Assembly: GCA_964572385.1 (NCBI GenBank)
Contig: CAZNFM010000035.1
Coordinates: 1 to 40,822, forward strand
DNA length: 40,822 bases
DNA from: an uncultured Planctomycetaceae bacterium
GTDB lineage: Bacteria > Planctomycetota > Phycisphaerae > UBA1845 > UTPLA1
Reading direction: 5' to 3'
Shown piece by piece: positions 38,582 to 40,822 of this stretch (position 1 is the stretch's first letter; every line of letters starts with the position of its first letter). The notes below the pieces were generated by a model. The model did no database searches. It saw only the letters and a list, made by a program, of their open reading frames with translations, and was not told the DNA's origin. Made by a program: the position numbers and the translations under genes.

Positions 38582-39451
38582 ATGAGTGAGCGTCCGGCAT
38601 CTCGAGAAGCCGCCAAACTGACAACCGGGCTCATTCGCTCGCTGGAGGCCATCGGTGAAATGGTGTTGGCGCAGGGCCGGAACGTCGCCGGCTTCATGGC
38701 CTTTCTCGGCGGCGCAGTGCTCTTGCTGGGGGAGACGCTTGGGTGGATCTACCGCTCGCTGGTCCGGCGCGAGGTGCGGTTCGGGAAGGAGAGCCTCCTG
38801 AGCCAGATGGTCCGCGTCGGGGTTCGCAGCATTCCGATCGTGGCTTTGGTACAGGTTTTCATCGGCATCATTCTCGCCTTGCAGATGGCGCCGACATTGC
38901 GTGATTACGGGCAGGTGCAGCGAGTGGCGGACATCGTGGCCATCGCCGTATTCAGGGAACTGGGGCCCCTGCTTTCGGCGATCGTGCTCTCGGGCTTCGC
39001 GGGGGCCAGCATCGCGGCGGAACTGGGCGCGATGGTCGAGGGCGAGGAGGTCAAAGCCCTCCGCGCGACCGCCCTGAACCCGGTTCGCTTCCTGGTGATG
39101 CCGCGGTTTCTCGCGACCGTGGTCATGCTGACCTTGCTGACCGTGATCGCCGATGTGGTGGGCGTCCTGGGTGGTTTTTTGACCGGAACCACCGTGCTTG
39201 GCCTCGATCCCACGCAATACCTCAGCTACACGCGATCGGCGTTGACCCATCAGGACTTTCTCACCGGTCTGGCCAAGGCCGGTGTCTTCGGCGTGCTCAT
39301 TTCCATTATTGCCTGCTACGAAGGCTTGAACGTCAGCGGTGGGGCGGAGGGGGTCGGCCGGGCCACGACCAATACGGTGGTCAAGTGCATCGTCGCCCTG
39401 ATATCGGCGGATGTCATCTTCACCGCCATTTTCTACGCCTTCGGATGGTGA
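38582..39451 (+). CDS. mlaE: MlaE/YrbE-family ABC transporter permease (phospholipid/lipid transport)
   Basis: AGGAG SD, 18 nt after the STAS stop. 5 TM. Family signature near the C-terminus: NVSGGAEGVGRATTNTVVKCIVALISADVIFT. The track ORF 38207..39451 carries a Gly/Arg-rich spurious N-terminal extension overlapping the STAS gene. Confidence 0.85.
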   Translation: MSERPASREAAKLTTGLIRSLEAIGEMVLAQGRNVAGFMAFLGGAVLLLGETLGWIYRSLVRREVRFGKESLLSQMVRVGVRSIPIVALVQVFIGIILALQMAPTLRDYGQVQRVADIVAIAVFRELGPLLSAIVLSGFAGASIAAELGAMVEGEEVKALRATALNPVRFLVMPRFLATVVMLTLLTVIADVVGVLGGFLTGTTVLGLDPTQYLSYTRSALTHQDFLTGLAKAGVFGVLISIIACYEGLNVSGGAEGVGRATTNTVVKCIVALISADVIFTAIFYAFGW

Positions 39452-39481
39452 GCCGACCTGCATTCTGCCGCGGCTGCCCGT

Positions 39482-40678
39482 CTATCGCGGGGGAGCCGCG
39501 ACGGAATACACCATATGATCGGGACGCTGATACGTCAGGCGGTGTGCGTAAAGGGTCTCCTCGCCTGTGTGGCCAAGCTGGCCTCGGACCAGCGGAACCT
39601 CCCTCCACTCGATGACTCCCGAGAAACACCGCCGGTTGCCGCTCGACCAGGCCGCGCTCGGGTCGGGCACCAGGCGGATGTCCAGCCGGGCCCCACGCGA
39701 AGGAGCGTAGAAGTTGTCGACCCGCACCCGTTCATGATCGACAAACTCACTGAGGGAAATCTGGCCGACTTCGCGGTATTCCGCATCGCTGCCCGATGGC
39801 CGAACCAGCACGGTCGCGGCGATGGGAATGCCGGTACTTGCGGCGCGAAGCCAGATCGCTCCACCGCGGCCCGTGCGATCGCGGCGAACCGCAGCCGCGC
39901 CGAGCCGATGCCATATCGCCCAGACGGTGGCGGCGTTGGCCGTCTGTTGAATGTACTGAGTCGCATCGCCCTCGGTGGCGAGGGTGCCGCTCAGTCGAAA
40001 CGGTCTCTCCACGACCAGGGTTGCCTTCTGCGGACCGAACTGAACTGCGTTAAGAGCCACCGTTCCCTCAACAACGATCTCATGACCACCGGGAGCGAGT
40101 CGTGGCCCAGTCACAAGACACTTTCCGGCCAAGTGTGGAATCAGGGTCCGGGACAGGGTCTCGGTCGGCACGTCCTGACCATCCACGAACATCCGCAAGC
40201 CCGCAACGCTCAGGAAGTAGGTGTTGACCGGCAAGGTGAGTGGATTCTCGTAACTGAGCCGAAACCTGACGGGTGCGTCGACGGGTTGTCGTGTCTCCAA
40301 GGAGAGGTTGGGCGCCCCCAACATGGACAGCAGGTACTTCTTCGCCTCCTGTTCGTTCAGCTCGTTGGCCTGGAATCTGCGGTGGAGTTCGGTGCGCGGC
40401 GCGGTTCCTTCATCGCTCTGTACGGCCAGCAGAACGCGGGCCGGCACCCACCTGATGAAGTGATAGTAACGGTTGCCGTAGTATGCGGCGCTGACGAGAC
40501 TTAGCAAGAGCAGAATCAGTAGCAGGCGAGTCAAGGACCGCCGCAGCCGCACATGCTCGGGCCGAGCCAGCAGCTTGTCCGCGGGGATATCCAGCCCGCA
40601 TTCCGGGCAGCGGCCCGGATTCGTAGGGTAATCACACTGCGGGCAGAAGCCGGTCGGTTGTGGAGTACTGCCGGGCAT
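39482..40678 (-). CDS. Membrane protein with an N-terminal Cys4 zinc-ribbon, one TM helix and a large extracytoplasmic domain of unknown function
   Basis: ATG 40678. CPQCDY…CPECG ribbon, then a hydrophobic LLLILLLLSLVSAAYY segment. High GC3 throughout. Confidence 0.65.
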   Translation of the reverse strand: MPGSTPQPTGFCPQCDYPTNPGRCPECGLDIPADKLLARPEHVRLRRSLTRLLLILLLLSLVSAAYYGNRYYHFIRWVPARVLLAVQSDEGTAPRTELHRRFQANELNEQEAKKYLLSMLGAPNLSLETRQPVDAPVRFRLSYENPLTLPVNTYFLSVAGLRMFVDGQDVPTETLSRTLIPHLAGKCLVTGPRLAPGGHEIVVEGTVALNAVQFGPQKATLVVERPFRLSGTLATEGDATQYIQQTANAATVWAIWHRLGAAAVRRDRTGRGGAIWLRAASTGIPIAATVLVRPSGSDAEYREVGQISLSEFVDHERVRVDNFYAPSRGARLDIRLVPDPSAAWSSGNRRCFSGVIEWREVPLVRGQLGHTGEETLYAHRLTYQRPDHMVYSVAAPPR

Positions 40679-40685
40679 TATCGGC

Positions 40686-40714
40686 AGTATAACTAATATC
40701 TCTGTTCACACCAA
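40686..40714 (-). promoter_or_regulatory. Candidate sigma70-like promoter giving a near-leaderless transcript for the zinc-ribbon membrane protein
   Basis: On the minus strand: TTGGTG-17 nt-TATACT, with the -10 ending ~8 nt before ATG 40678. There is no SD in between. This is an AT-rich island at the window edge. Confidence 0.25.
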
Positions 40715-40822
40715 GTATGATTCGCGGCGTCTGGAACGGCATCGGTGAAGCGGTCGGCCGCTGCGGACGGAGATATTGTCAAATCTCGTTGATGGCGTCG
40801 TGATCAGGCGGCGTCCTTCTGG

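Overview
High-GC (~65%) chromosomal window that begins with the 3' end of a 16S rRNA gene (bases 1..466). A strong intrinsic terminator follows it, with no linked tRNA or 23S. Together with the gene content (many lipoproteins, STAS/partner-switching modules, very large proteins), this suggests a Planctomycetota-like genome. I support about 30 protein-coding genes. Core housekeeping: class II ribonucleotide reductase (nrdJ), NAD-dependent DNA ligase (ligA), thymidine kinase (tdk), an RlmI-like rRNA methyltransferase, an aspartate-type aminotransferase and a YhhQ queuosine-precursor transporter. Envelope: Amidase_3, an NfeD-flotillin operon, a NodC/HAS-like GT2, a ComEA-like protein, a YdbS/YdbT bPH_2 pair and many lipoproteins. 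No transposases, integrases, CRISPR arrays or reverse transcriptases were seen. The most unusual feature is a UvrA-module array between ligA and tdk. A free-standing UvrA N-terminal half (ABC module I) is followed by a ~680-bp non-UvrA spacer. Then comes one 1791-aa ORF containing UvrA module II, a second complete UvrA (modules I+II) and a ~350-aa C-terminal domain of unknown type. Other notable items are a HEAT-lipoprotein / RsbW-like kinase / STAS antagonist / orphan MlaE permease operon; a CpcT-like lyase-family lipoprotein next to a SOUL heme-binding lipoprotein; a glutamine-cyclotransferase-like beta-propeller fused to a transglutaminase-like domain; and a long structured leader upstream of nrdJ with an AT-rich promoter-like block. 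Many ORFs in the supplied track start at GTG/TTG; wherever a downstream ATG had a better Shine-Dalgarno or family-consistent N-terminus I moved the start. Pre-computed ORFs antisense to real genes are rejected.
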